This document shows positions 16,030 through 25,664 of a stretch of 55,148 bases of DNA, piece by piece. The stretch comes from a virus (taxonomy: Duplodnaviria > Caudoviricetes). Position 1 is the stretch's first letter; the number at the start of each line of letters is the position of its first letter. The notes beneath the pieces are model-generated. The model saw only the letters and a program-made list of their open reading frames with translations. It was not told where the DNA came from and did not search any database. The translations under genes were made by a program, and so were the position numbers. The DNA lies in IMG/VR virus record IMGVR_UViG_3300032116_000256, positions 1 through 55,148 of that record; one strand, written 5' to 3'.

Positions 16030-18087
16030 CTACTTTGAAGTAGCAACATATACCCCATCCCAATTTTTTGTCAAGCCTTTTTCGCGCAATTCGCCGATTC
16101 TTTCTATCATCATGTCGTAATATTTTTTCAGTTCTGGGTTATTCTTCTTGAGGCTTTCGGCTAAGGTAATCGCATTGTCCCAGTTTTGGGCGCGGTAATC
16201 ACAAATGAATCCATCGTGCATTCTGTAAATATGTTTTATTTTATCTTCATCGTGCTTGTTTTCAAGCACTGTGAATATTTTAACGCCTTCTTTCTTGCCC
16301 TTAACCGCAATCAAATCTAATTCAAGTGTCTGGTAATCATTTTTGATATGCTCTGCGGTTCTGGGGCCAACTATGATTCTAACACCGTAAGGCTTAGATT
16401 GCCCTTCTAATCTAGAGGCGAGATTAACATGATCACCCAAGCAAGTGTAATCGAAACGCTGAGTGCTACCCATATTGCCAACGACAACGCTCCCAGTATT
16501 GATTCCGAGTCCCATGCCGAATGGCGGGACACCTTCTTTTGAGATTTCTTCATTGAAAGAGTCGAGACGTTTAAGCATCTCTAATGCTGTCTTTACAGCA
16601 TTTTTCGCGTGATTAGCGTCATCAAGCGGCGCATTCCAGAACGCCATTTGAGCATCGCCAATGTACTTATCCAAAGTGCCATCGTTTTTCAATATCGATT
16701 CGGTCATTGCTGTCATGTAGCGATTCATAATCATTGTTAAGCCTTGTACATTTTTACCATAGTGTTCTGAGATTGTAGTAAAGCCACGAACATCTGTGAA
16801 CATGATAGAAAGCTCGCGTTCATCTCCACCTAAACGAAGCAAACCTGGGTTTTTTTGCAACTTCTCTACGAGTGCTGGCGCAAGATAAGTGCCGAATTGT
16901 TTTTTAATTAATTGTTTTTGTTTGAATTCGCTAATGAATCTCAAGAACGCGGATAACATGAACATCACTGATATTGCAATAATTATCCAACTGTAATCGA
17001 ATAATTGCCCCTTGGAAAACGATACGAATCCGAATTTAATTGGCGCAGCCACCAAAGCAATATAAAAAAGCCCAGTCAACCAATAAGGGCCACTAATGAG
17101 TATTAATATTACGGCTAATCCTGCTAATGATCCATAAAGCAATTCATATAAATTAAATTGGCTAGGTCTTTCTAACCTAGCCTCATCTGCCAACATCTGA
17201 GCGGCGAACAATGGAATTTCATATCCATATCTTATATTTACGGAGGTCGCAACAGTGTTTGATAACCCTTCAGCAGTCGGCGCAATCATAACAACTTTAT
17301 CTTTAACTTTGCTCCAGTTGTGGTCGGCAAAAGATAATGAACTGAATTCATATTTAAAATTAATCCAGACGCGCCCATGCTCATCTGTTTTTATTGTTTT
17401 AAATTGCGGAATTCTAACCGCATCTATTCCAGCTTGATTTATTCTTGCTTGATAGCTTGGGTCGCCAGCTAAAACACGAAGCATTTCAAGCGGTATAGTT
17501 GGATATATTTCTTTGTTTATTTGTACGATTAGCGGTAGCCTTCTAACTACACCGTCAACTTCTGGCGCAGTCAAAAGCATTCCAACGCCAGCCGCAGCTT
17601 CACCGAGTTGTTTCGTCGGACCAATCGCCGCATTATATTCAAATAACCATTCATTTATGCCCTCTCCAATTGTTGCGACGCCTCTTGGAACTGGTTGGCC
17701 TTTTCCTTTATTTGCCGCAGACTGACTCAAGATTACAGGGTAAGTTTTTAACACTTCTGTTAGTTCATCATCTCCATTGAATCGATCTTTCTCCGCAAAG
17801 ATCACTGGCAGCACAACTAACTGAGCTTGGTTATCGAATGCTTTTTTGATTGCTTTTGCAATAACTTGTCTTGGAAAGGGCCATTGACCTTCTTTCTCCA
17901 AAGTTTTTTCGTCTATTTCCACTACAATAATATTTTCACTTATTTGCTTTGGTTGAGTTCGTTGATAATAATCAATAGTCTTGAGTCTGGCGGTCTCAAT
18001 AAAAAATGGATCGTTTATGCGCAGCACAACAAGTCCAATCAGCACAGCGAATGAAAATAAAAAAGAATATAATTTATATTTGCTCAT
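16030..18087 (-). CDS. CHASE2-domain class III adenylate cyclase
   Basis: CHASE2 motifs (VEIDEKTL..GQWPFPR, DGVVRRLPL), about 3 TM helices, cyclase core MFTDVRGFT / DKYIGDA / YTCLGDHVNLASRLE with Lys and Thr ATP-specifying residues. Confidence 0.93.
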   Translation of the reverse strand: MSKYKLYSFLFSFAVLIGLVVLRINDPFFIETARLKTIDYYQRTQPKQISENIIVVEIDEKTLEKEGQWPFPRQVIAKAIKKAFDNQAQLVVLPVIFAEKDRFNGDDELTEVLKTYPVILSQSAANKGKGQPVPRGVATIGEGINEWLFEYNAAIGPTKQLGEAAAGVGMLLTAPEVDGVVRRLPLIVQINKEIYPTIPLEMLRVLAGDPSYQARINQAGIDAVRIPQFKTIKTDEHGRVWINFKYEFSSLSFADHNWSKVKDKVVMIAPTAEGLSNTVATSVNIRYGYEIPLFAAQMLADEARLERPSQFNLYELLYGSLAGLAVILILISGPYWLTGLFYIALVAAPIKFGFVSFSKGQLFDYSWIIIAISVMFMLSAFLRFISEFKQKQLIKKQFGTYLAPALVEKLQKNPGLLRLGGDERELSIMFTDVRGFTTISEHYGKNVQGLTMIMNRYMTAMTESILKNDGTLDKYIGDAQMAFWNAPLDDANHAKNAVKTALEMLKRLDSFNEEISKEGVPPFGMGLGINTGSVVVGNMGSTQRFDYTCLGDHVNLASRLEGQSKPYGVRIIVGPRTAEHIKNDYQTLELDLIAVKGKKEGVKIFTVLENKHDEDKIKHIYRMHDGFICDYRAQNWDNAITLAESLKKNNPELKKYYDMMIERIGELREKGLTKNWDGVYVATSK

Positions 18088-19226
18088 TTTTGAATAATGT
18101 TTACTTTTGATTTCTCTCCAAAATTTAATACATAAGGTTCGCCGTTTACATTGACGCTCACGTTGTCGCCAAGTCTAGCGGTATAAACTATTACGCTTTT
18201 TTCTGTTCGTAATTCAAGTGTGGCAGTTTTGCCATCATTTGACTTAAATCCTTTGCTAACTGCTACATTAGGAGTTAATGTTGCTGTGGGCTGAACAATA
18301 GCTGGGGCAGTTTGATTTGATTTAGCTATTGCTTCCTCTGCCGCAGCTTGAACAACTTGGGGCTGGATTGCATTGATATCCAGTTTAGTTTCTGGAACTT
18401 GCACTGGCGTTTCAGTTGTTGCGGTTTGTGCAACTACTGCTTCTGCTGGAGCTTCACTAGGCTTATCTACTTGAGCAACTTCAGTTTTGCCCTCTTTCTT
18501 TTTATTTGGCTCGTCATCTTTCTTTCCGTCATCAGTTTTTTCTTTGCCTTCTTTCTTTGTAGTTTTGCTGCCTTGAGTAACTGATTTTGGGGACTCAAGC
18601 AAAATCATATTATTGATTTTTGATTCATCTTGGAAATTTAAAATAACAGGTTGAGTGGGGGCATTGAATCCAGAGCTAACAAATGTTGCTTGGTAAGGTT
18701 GGTTCATGACAACTTTGCCCCCAGCATTCTCCACTTCAATAGATCCTACAACTGGCTTTATGCCAGATGCTAGTGGGATGGACGGCAAAAGAACAATTAA
18801 ACTCTTGCCGTCCTCCGATACTGTCATTGAAAAGTCCGTGCCTCTTACAGAAACAACTGCTGTAGGAGTTTGAACTTTTATGTTTTCTCTGCTATTCTTT
18901 GCTATTAATCCTGACGCATATCTAACTGTGCCAGATGTTGCTTTCATGTTCAGTTTGCCTTTACCACTGGCAGGGTCATAGACAAACTCGTCTATCCTCA
19001 ACTTGGAAAACTCTGTAATTTGAACTTTGGTATTGTCTTCAAAGGTAATGCCAGCGCGACCTCGCAATGTTTCTATAACGTCATTCATTTCGACGCCAAC
19101 GCTGACTTTACCTTCAATCTTTTCGGTCTTTCTGGTTATTTGTGTCGGCCCAGTTATTTCAGTAAGTTGACCAGAAGAGGCGAAGCAAGATAAAGCCGCT
19201 AATAAAAATATAGCGGCTATTCTCAT
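18084..19226 (-). CDS. Secreted FecR-domain protein
   Basis: Signal peptide; NDVIET..GRAGITFED.T.V.I.E.SKL.IDEFVYD and TPTAVVSVRGTDF; low-complexity linker; small C-terminal beta domain. Confidence 0.85.
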   Translation of the reverse strand: MRIAAIFLLAALSCFASSGQLTEITGPTQITRKTEKIEGKVSVGVEMNDVIETLRGRAGITFEDNTKVQITEFSKLRIDEFVYDPASGKGKLNMKATSGTVRYASGLIAKNSRENIKVQTPTAVVSVRGTDFSMTVSEDGKSLIVLLPSIPLASGIKPVVGSIEVENAGGKVVMNQPYQATFVSSGFNAPTQPVILNFQDESKINNMILLESPKSVTQGSKTTKKEGKEKTDDGKKDDEPNKKKEGKTEVAQVDKPSEAPAEAVVAQTATTETPVQVPETKLDINAIQPQVVQAAAEEAIAKSNQTAPAIVQPTATLTPNVAVSKGFKSNDGKTATLELRTEKSVIVYTARLGDNVSVNVNGEPYVLNFGEKSKVNIIQK

Positions 19227-20032
19227 TAATTAGTCGGTGGGGCAATTGTTGCTGTTGTTTGAGCCGCTCCAGCGACACCGTTTTGGTTATTGCTATTCAA
19301 TGTCATCAATGGTGAAAAAGCTGTAGTGGTCTGAACAATGCGAACAGTATTGTTGCTACCAGTTAAATTATAATTAAAAAGCTGTTTCTCTAAGCCAGCT
19401 TGGTAAATAGTCAAATCATTAGATCCACCTGTGATTGTAACAGTTTGTTCATGACCATCTTTAGTCGCTGTACCACCAGCCACTAAACCAATTTGGGTAG
19501 ACTTAATTGTATTTGAACTGCCAGTTACTTCGTAATCAATATAATTATATTTACCATTCTCGATGCCGAATTTAAATACGTTTGAGTTGCCAGTTACATT
19601 GAACTTAAAGTCGCTGTAACTAACGGTGGCTTTTGACGTATCTGTATCAGATGTATGGTCAACGGTAACATCTTTATTGAGCAGGAATGAATTATTGTTT
19701 CCGTTAAAAAGCAAGTTCATATTGTTGTTTGATCCGCTCATAAAAATCTTTTGAGTATTCGCGTTGCCATTAAATACCGAAACTAATTTTAGATTGTTTG
19801 CATCGATAATTGAGAAATCCGTATTGTTGTTATTTCCCATTTGTCTCATTTCAAAAAGGATGTTATCTCCAGTGATATTACTGGGTGTTTGAGACGAACC
19901 TACTTTATTGAGAGATCCAACCTGTACAAAGGTTGTATTTCCCGAGGTTGTAATCTGATTAACGTAAAGCTGGTTCTGCCCGAAGGCGAGGGAAACCAAC
20001 GTTACGAATAACGCGATCAGTTTAATCTTCAT
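19226..20032 (-). CDS. Secreted curlin-like beta-solenoid protein
   Basis: Signal peptide; repeated (Q/x)xGxxN turns about 11 aa apart (QVGSLN, QMGNNN, FNGNAN, MSGSNN, VTGNSN, VTGSSN, ITGGSN, LTGSNN); directly after csgG. Confidence 0.7.
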   Translation of the reverse strand: MKIKLIALFVTLVSLAFGQNQLYVNQITTSGNTTFVQVGSLNKVGSSQTPSNITGDNILFEMRQMGNNNNTDFSIIDANNLKLVSVFNGNANTQKIFMSGSNNNMNLLFNGNNNSFLLNKDVTVDHTSDTDTSKATVSYSDFKFNVTGNSNVFKFGIENGKYNYIDYEVTGSSNTIKSTQIGLVAGGTATKDGHEQTVTITGGSNDLTIYQAGLEKQLFNYNLTGSNNTVRIVQTTTAFSPLMTLNSNNQNGVAGAAQTTATIAPPTN

Positions 20033-20825
20033 TGTTTTGGGGTTGAGGTTTTAGTTTCCAAAGTTTACACTCTTGGCCTTGTTTAATGATTTCTATTACT
20101 GCTTGTTCTATCGCACTTCTAACCGCAATAGTATTAGGTTCGTTTGCAGTGAAACCAAGCTCTGATTCTGCTGGTGTTACTCCGTGTTCGTAAAATTTAA
20201 ACAAGTTGCCCGAAGCTGCCACACTGGAAATTGTTTTTGTAACTGCAACACTCAGAATGATTTCGCCAGTTTGTACACTGACAAATCGTAATGAAACAGT
20301 TACAACATCTTTGCGATATTGGGTGCTGCCAGATATACCAAGAAGGCTGGCACCGGCACCACCAGTTAAGATATTAGTATCGTAGCCAATAATTCCTCCT
20401 TCTGCAATTATGCCCGCAAATAACATTGGCATCAGTTTTTCTGCGTCTTTGCCTTGAAATGACTCTCTGGTTTGATTTATAAGTTGACGCTCTCTTATAA
20501 CATTATCTAAATTAGAGCGTTCCAAAACTTGGAACCATTTGCCATCTCCTGCAATTCGCAAAGCATCTATGAGCCAACTTTCTGCGCCTTGAGTTACTGC
20601 TGACGAAAAGGAGGCGTAGGCGTCAACTGTTTTACGTTGTCCAGTTTTATCGGCAAACGCATAAACTGCGATTGTCATTCTGGGGTTGTCTGGCTCAGGT
20701 AAATTTTTAAGCTGCTCTTCAAGCGGAGAAGTCTGCAACTTGGGCAAAGTTATGATAGCTGGCTTCTCTGGCAGAGAGGCGCATCCAACTAGACTAAGCA
20801 ATAAAAGGCTTGCCAGCCATTTCAT
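20022..20825 (-). CDS. csgG: CsgG curli secretion channel lipoprotein
   Basis: LVGC lipobox; AVYAFADKTGQ, SSAVTQGA, WFQVLER..LDNVIRERQLI, EGGIIGYD and NEP...AVRSAIE motifs. Confidence 0.92.
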   Translation of the reverse strand: MKWLASLLLLSLVGCASLPEKPAIITLPKLQTSPLEEQLKNLPEPDNPRMTIAVYAFADKTGQRKTVDAYASFSSAVTQGAESWLIDALRIAGDGKWFQVLERSNLDNVIRERQLINQTRESFQGKDAEKLMPMLFAGIIAEGGIIGYDTNILTGGAGASLLGISGSTQYRKDVVTVSLRFVSVQTGEIILSVAVTKTISSVAASGNLFKFYEHGVTPAESELGFTANEPNTIAVRSAIEQAVIEIIKQGQECKLWKLKPQPQNNED

Positions 20826-21277
20826 TAAGGAGTTGGAGCTAAGACGCCAACAGGAACTTGTATTTGAGTTGTGTTTCCTGTGGCGGGGTCAACAATAAAA
20901 AGAGTAACCATATCTCCGTTTTTCTGCCATGTAACAGTCGCTCCTCCTTGTAAATTAATTATCCCAAAATTTGCGCCTCCTGCGTTAAAAATTTGATCGG
21001 TAACTTGAGAAGCAAGCTGAGAGTAAATTCTTGCCTGTAAGTTGTTTATAAAATTATTTAATGGAGTGTTTTGAGATTGTATTTTTTCTTGTTCAAGCTC
21101 TGCTTTGGCAATATCTTTTATCGATTGTTTTCTGGTTCTAGCTAAATTTTCAATCGTAATAATGTGACCAGAAAAATTTACTCCATTAAACGCTGGAGAT
21201 TTAAAAGAATAAACCATGTCACTGCCAAATGCGTTGGTAGCGCAAACTAAAAAGAGTAATATTTTAGCGAGATTCAC
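20825..21277 (-). CDS. csgF: CsgF-like curli assembly protein
   Basis: Signal peptide then MVYSFKSPAFNG (CsgF N-terminal CsgG-binding motif), FINNLQARIYSQL, C-terminal TTQIQVP; GTG start. Confidence 0.85.
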   Translation of the reverse strand: MNLAKILLFLVCATNAFGSDMVYSFKSPAFNGVNFSGHIITIENLARTRKQSIKDIAKAELEQEKIQSQNTPLNNFINNLQARIYSQLASQVTDQIFNAGGANFGIINLQGGATVTWQKNGDMVTLFIVDPATGNTTQIQVPVGVLAPTP

Positions 21278-21286
21278 TAAAAGATA

Positions 21287-21292
21287 TTACAC
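21287..21292 (-). promoter_or_regulatory. GTGTAA putative late-promoter motif
   Basis: 9 nt upstream of the csgF start; recurs before 9267, 26203 and 47256. Confidence 0.4.
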
Positions 21293-21293
21293 T

Positions 21294-21944
21294 TTATTCT
21301 TTTTTAAATTGATAAAAGTAATCCCAATTGTCACCGGCAATCCATTTGCCTTCTCCTTCGCAGGTAAACTCTTGAGTAAAGACTTGCCAATCAGGTTTCT
21401 CTAACTTTTTAGAGATAAAAGCCCCACCATCTTTCCATACAACTCTGTTATTTGGTTGCAAAAACAATTGGTTTACAGGCTTGCCATCTTTATCTTTCAG
21501 CCCCCAAATAACATGACCACACTTATGACCGCCAGCCATTTCAGAGTATCCGTAAGAAGCGTCTGGATTGTCGCGCCAGTCAATAGTAAAAAGATATTTA
21601 CCCTCGACCCACTCATGGTTCTTTAGCTGAATATTAACTCTCGCATTTTTATGATACTCCCATCGGGTAACTGAAATGTCATAAGAGAAACAGTCCCACA
21701 ACTGCAACCAATCTAAGGGTAAATTAGAATGTTGTGGCTCGTTTACCAAAAAATGAATTGGAACACGATCATGACGCGAGCCATATTCCGTCATGACTTG
21801 AAACGTTAAACATCTTCTGGTTAAGCTGGTAACCCCAAAAACTTCACAAAGAACGTATTCTGTTTTTTTGTTCTCGTTGTTATAGAGGAAGTCGCTTTTT
21901 AAATAAGCTGGAAATACAGGGATGTTTGCATTAAGGTGAGGCAT
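21294..21944 (-). CDS. Conserved hypothetical phage protein
   Basis: LNANIP...LQLWDCFSY...GKYLFTIDW...HKCGH...QPNNRV.W pattern. Confidence 0.75.
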   Translation of the reverse strand: MPHLNANIPVFPAYLKSDFLYNNENKKTEYVLCEVFGVTSLTRRCLTFQVMTEYGSRHDRVPIHFLVNEPQHSNLPLDWLQLWDCFSYDISVTRWEYHKNARVNIQLKNHEWVEGKYLFTIDWRDNPDASYGYSEMAGGHKCGHVIWGLKDKDGKPVNQLFLQPNNRVVWKDGGAFISKKLEKPDWQVFTQEFTCEGEGKWIAGDNWDYFYQFKKE

Positions 21945-22132
21945 TATTGTTCGTCGTAATATTCGTTTAATTGTTCATTAGCAGAACGCTTTCTTTTTTT
22001 ATTGGAATATGATCTATTATTTTCGCAATACTTGCAAGAACCATGATTCCTGCAACTCCGATCAAAACTTTTTGATCCTTGATACGGTTTTCTTTTTTCC
22101 TTGCCGTGCTTTATTGCTTTTTCTAGGCTCAT
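21944..22132 (-). CDS. Small basic Cys/His (Zn-binding) phage protein
   Basis: GKEKRKPY.GSK.FDRSCRNHGSCKYCENNR. Confidence 0.75.
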   Translation of the reverse strand: MSLEKAIKHGKEKRKPYQGSKSFDRSCRNHGSCKYCENNRSYSNKKRKRSANEQLNEYYDEQ

Positions 22133-22745
22133 TTTTATTATTAATAAACTCTTCCATATTCTCGACTGTCATTACGTCAAGTTTAGTAGTAATATGTTGA
22201 TAAAAATCAGGGAAATTTTCTTTTAGCATAATTAAATTATTTAAAGATGATTGCATCGATGGGCGACTGAATGAGTGATACAATGCTTTAACCGCAACTT
22301 CATCGCCATCAATAACGGCTTGCCTTAAAGCTGGAGACATAAAATAAGCCGAGAAACAATCTGATAAACTTTTAGCCATCATGGCGACAGATAACTGATA
22401 AGCCTCTTCTTTGGAGCAGAAGACATCTATTGGTATGTTCCACGCAGTCAAAGGTTTGTCTTTGTACGAAATGCAAATTTTAATATTTTTGTCGGTAATA
22501 CTCTGCCAAATGACTTCTCCGAGAAATTGCTGACAAACAGAAAAGAAATTTTGAATCTTTTCTTGAGAGTCTATCGAAAGCTGAGATAAGACATCTCCCT
22601 TGTTAGCGGCTCTCTTGGTCATTTCTATAATAGCTTTTTTATAGTTCGTCTTTGTTACTTTGAAACCGACGATGGTTTCCATTTCAGATTTGACTTTTAC
22701 TATTTCTTCAAAAACTTTATCTTCTTGCTCTTTTAAAGTCATCAT
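22062..22745 (-). CDS. Hypothetical protein
   Basis: 227-aa ORF, ATGA-coupled. Confidence 0.65.
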   Translation of the reverse strand: MMTLKEQEDKVFEEIVKVKSEMETIVGFKVTKTNYKKAIIEMTKRAANKGDVLSQLSIDSQEKIQNFFSVCQQFLGEVIWQSITDKNIKICISYKDKPLTAWNIPIDVFCSKEEAYQLSVAMMAKSLSDCFSAYFMSPALRQAVIDGDEVAVKALYHSFSRPSMQSSLNNLIMLKENFPDFYQHITTKLDVMTVENMEEFINNKNEPRKSNKARQGKKKTVSRIKKF

Positions 22746-22972
22746 AAATCATTCACCTCCACAAGATGCGCTAAATGTTTTTTTTCTATTTTTAGTAACC
22801 ATCCATCATGAGTGGCCCAATATTCACAATCCGCATCGAACAAATCTTTCTGCTTGTTCCATACAGAGAACTCTTCATCTTCATGAAGATAAATAGACTG
22901 TGATCTTGCATTAGGATAATAATAATTATCAGCAATTACTTCAAAAGTGCATAAAGGCTTGTACCATTTCAT
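22742..22972 (-). CDS. Hypothetical protein
   Basis: Coupled ORF. Confidence 0.6.
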   Translation of the reverse strand: MKWYKPLCTFEVIADNYYYPNARSQSIYLHEDEEFSVWNKQKDLFDADCEYWATHDGWLLKIEKKHLAHLVEVNDL

Positions 22973-23760
22973 CAGTAAAATTTTTTGAAGATTTTTGAAA
23001 AAAATTCTCTCATGCTACCGTTATCTCTACCAGCATCAGTTCGATAATTATGCATAAGATTCCGTGCCGCATCAAATAGATATTGATCTTCCATATACAA
23101 ACACTCAATCTCTGGTTGAATTAAATTTCTTGGAATAGGAATATATTGGGCTATAGGAGTTCCAGCTTTAACTAATTCGCGTCCTTCAAGGACGTTCCAA
23201 TATAAAAATACATTAACCTGATTTGAAATCAATGGATCTAATATTCCAGATGGAGATGTGAATCTCGGTTCATTGTTGTAATATACAGAAGTTACCAAAA
23301 ATAAATAATCTTTTGGACAAACCATATTCCATCCAGTAGTAATTTTTAATGCTTTTTTTACAGAATTTAAAGGCATGGCTGAATATGGGTCCATCTGTGA
23401 TTCTGGATGGACGGAAACTTTAAATTTATCTCCTTCAACTGGAGGATTTATAGCAGCGACTTCAATTCTAGAGCGATCTCCATAAGTTTCAACATAAAAA
23501 TCTACTGGATTTGTAATGATGTATCCAGTATTCATAAACTGTCGAATACCAGGACACCTTGAGATAAACGCTGAATTTCCCACTACATCACGCAATTTAG
23601 AAATAGGACATTTCTTTACATTATCTAAGAATTCGCCCAAATCTTTTCCATTTTTTTCAAGCCAAGGTCTTTTAACATTTTTCGCTTCAATAATTGGATA
23701 TGTTTCAGCTATGCTTGGTATCCTATTATAAAATTTAATTTTATTTTTTTTAGAAAACAT
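22972..23760 (-). CDS. Conserved phage protein, possible dUTPase-like beta-clip fold
   Basis: CPGIRQFMNTGYII...SGILD...VKAGTPIAQYIP. Confidence 0.6.
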   Translation of the reverse strand: MFSKKNKIKFYNRIPSIAETYPIIEAKNVKRPWLEKNGKDLGEFLDNVKKCPISKLRDVVGNSAFISRCPGIRQFMNTGYIITNPVDFYVETYGDRSRIEVAAINPPVEGDKFKVSVHPESQMDPYSAMPLNSVKKALKITTGWNMVCPKDYLFLVTSVYYNNEPRFTSPSGILDPLISNQVNVFLYWNVLEGRELVKAGTPIAQYIPIPRNLIQPEIECLYMEDQYLFDAARNLMHNYRTDAGRDNGSMREFFSKIFKKFY

Positions 23761-23764
23761 ATTC

Positions 23765-24028
23765 TTAATCGTTATAAAGTTCAGCTACACATTGGCACAA
23801 ATATTCAGAATTATAATTTAACCAGCCATGAAATACCATTCTGTTATTAATAAAGTTAATTTCCTTTACCTCCATGACAAAAATTGAATTAAATTCGACA
23901 ACGTATATTGATACAAAATTTTGTAGAGAAGCCTGACTTTGAACACTGCATAAATAACGTTTTTTTAAATCTATCCCGATTTTTTTGGCGGAAGCCTCAG
24001 TAACTGAAAATTGGATAAAAAATTTCAT
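23765..24028 (-). CDS. Hypothetical protein
   Basis: ATGA-coupled ORF. Confidence 0.55.
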   Translation of the reverse strand: MKFFIQFSVTEASAKKIGIDLKKRYLCSVQSQASLQNFVSIYVVEFNSIFVMEVKEINFINNRMVFHGWLNYNSEYLCQCVAELYND

Positions 24029-25017
24029 TTGATAAATTCCTTTATTTGGTTAATTGCCGTTAGTTTTTCGTCCATTGCCTGATCGAAGAACGTTTGTTGA
24101 TACATCAGATTCGTTTGAAAAGCAAGAGATTCCGCGTAATTAACCACTCCATTTTTGAGTTTTTTGTCATCAAGGATGAGGCATTCTGGAATAACATAGC
24201 CACATTGCTTTATGGTATTGGAGCAATCAGCATCAAACAACATCACAACATCAGACATTAAAGACTCATAGAAACGATTGGCAAGGAAAGCGTAGTGGGT
24301 ATGAGTATGTTCATCTTCAATATAAATTGAATATTTAAACTTTCTCAAATCTTCATTGTTCTTTTGCCACTCAAGTTTAGGTATGTAGTTGCACTTACAG
24401 CCGAGAGCCTCAAACTTCTTCCAATTTTTATTAGAAGCAGAAAGAAATACTCCTTCAATTAGAAATTTTTTGAATGATTCTGCGCGCCACTTACGGTAAG
24501 TCCCATAATAAATAACTCCATTCTTTTGTGAAATGTCAACTGGAGTTCTGGCATCATCCATAATTAATGAATTTAAATTAACAGTAAGCCACTTGTTAAT
24601 AAAATCATTAAGTTTCTTATTTGCGATGTTCTTGTTCAGTATCCAGTGCCTGTAGCCCTCTCTGGGGTTGTTACAGATCATGTCATAGCTGAGATTCATG
24701 TTCTGAATGCCCCAACGCAAAAGTTGATTGTCTTCAACATCGTGATCATTTACTAGCCAAATGTAGCGAGCCTTGGGATTCTTTTCTAGAATCTGACGAT
24801 ACGGTACATGAGGCATGTACGGCGAAGCGTAGCAACAAATGATAACGTCATACTGCTTCTTCAAGACTTCTGGCAGGAAGTATTCGCCGTCAAGAAGGTC
24901 TGCGCCCAAAGCCTTCTTTAAGATCAAGCTATTTCGACAGTGAACAATTGATGTGTCACTATAGTCTTCTGCAAGAGGCTTTCGCTTACTGGTCGCTTCG
25001 ATTATCAGAATGTTCAT
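24025..25017 (-). CDS. GT-B glycosyltransferase, T4 beta-glucosyltransferase-like
   Basis: VIYYGTYRKWR and LANRFYESLMSDVVMLFD resemble the UDP-Glc-binding motifs of T4 BGT, as recalled from memory. Confidence 0.65.
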   Translation of the reverse strand: MNILIIEATSKRKPLAEDYSDTSIVHCRNSLILKKALGADLLDGEYFLPEVLKKQYDVIICCYASPYMPHVPYRQILEKNPKARYIWLVNDHDVEDNQLLRWGIQNMNLSYDMICNNPREGYRHWILNKNIANKKLNDFINKWLTVNLNSLIMDDARTPVDISQKNGVIYYGTYRKWRAESFKKFLIEGVFLSASNKNWKKFEALGCKCNYIPKLEWQKNNEDLRKFKYSIYIEDEHTHTHYAFLANRFYESLMSDVVMLFDADCSNTIKQCGYVIPECLILDDKKLKNGVVNYAESLAFQTNLMYQQTFFDQAMDEKLTAINQIKEFIK

Positions 25018-25312
25018 TGTCTAGTAATTTTAAATGGTTAAGAAATTGACGTTTTGCGCGCTCTTCACTTGAGTAAGGCCCATAACAATTATTTCTGGTT
25101 ACATTCCAGAAATACCAACCAGCACCAGCCCAACCAAAACGCTCAAGATCAGAATCGTGATCTGATAGCATTTCGATTGAATCGCACCAGCATTGCGATT
25201 TACCGGGCCGTACAATATGCAAGCCACAATCTTCATTAAAATTGCATTTGTACCAGATATTTCCGAAACCATCATCTAGTTTATTTGGATCTTTCGAATT
25301 CGCCTTGCTCAT
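24986..25312 (-). CDS. Hypothetical protein
   Basis: Cys-rich N-half; AGWYFW...GPY.S motif. Confidence 0.6.
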   Translation of the reverse strand: MSKANSKDPNKLDDGFGNIWYKCNFNEDCGLHIVRPGKSQCWCDSIEMLSDHDSDLERFGWAGAGWYFWNVTRNNCYGPYSSEERAKRQFLNHLKLLDNEHSDNRSDQ

Positions 25313-25658
25313 TAGAATAGAATATTTCTTTAAAGTCTACGTCTTTCAATAGTTTTTGACAGTGCTTGCATGGCTTACCCATAGCGATTTTATCATTTCT
25401 GTCAATACGAAATGTGACCAAAGTGTGTCTTGAGTGGTCAATGCGACCAGATTTAATTATCGCACAAGCTTCCGCGTGTAAGCCGCTGCCATCAAAATAA
25501 CCGTATTTTTGATTAATTGGATGAGACTTCTTGGAGTTTTTGCCAATCGAAACGATTTTATTCTTATTTAAGATAAAAGCGAAGTGTCGGCAGCGCAACT
25601 CAATATCGTCATAAATGATGAGATTTCTGGCAAGCTGGATAAGCCTTTCAAATTTCAT
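25281..25658 (-). CDS. Zn-dependent cytidine/dCMP deaminase-like protein
   Basis: HAE...KPCKHC deaminase motif. Confidence 0.85.
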   Translation of the reverse strand: MKFERLIQLARNLIIYDDIELRCRHFAFILNKNKIVSIGKNSKKSHPINQKYGYFDGSGLHAEACAIIKSGRIDHSRHTLVTFRIDRNDKIAMGKPCKHCQKLLKDVDFKEIFYSNEQGEFERSK

Positions 25659-25664
25659 TAACTA

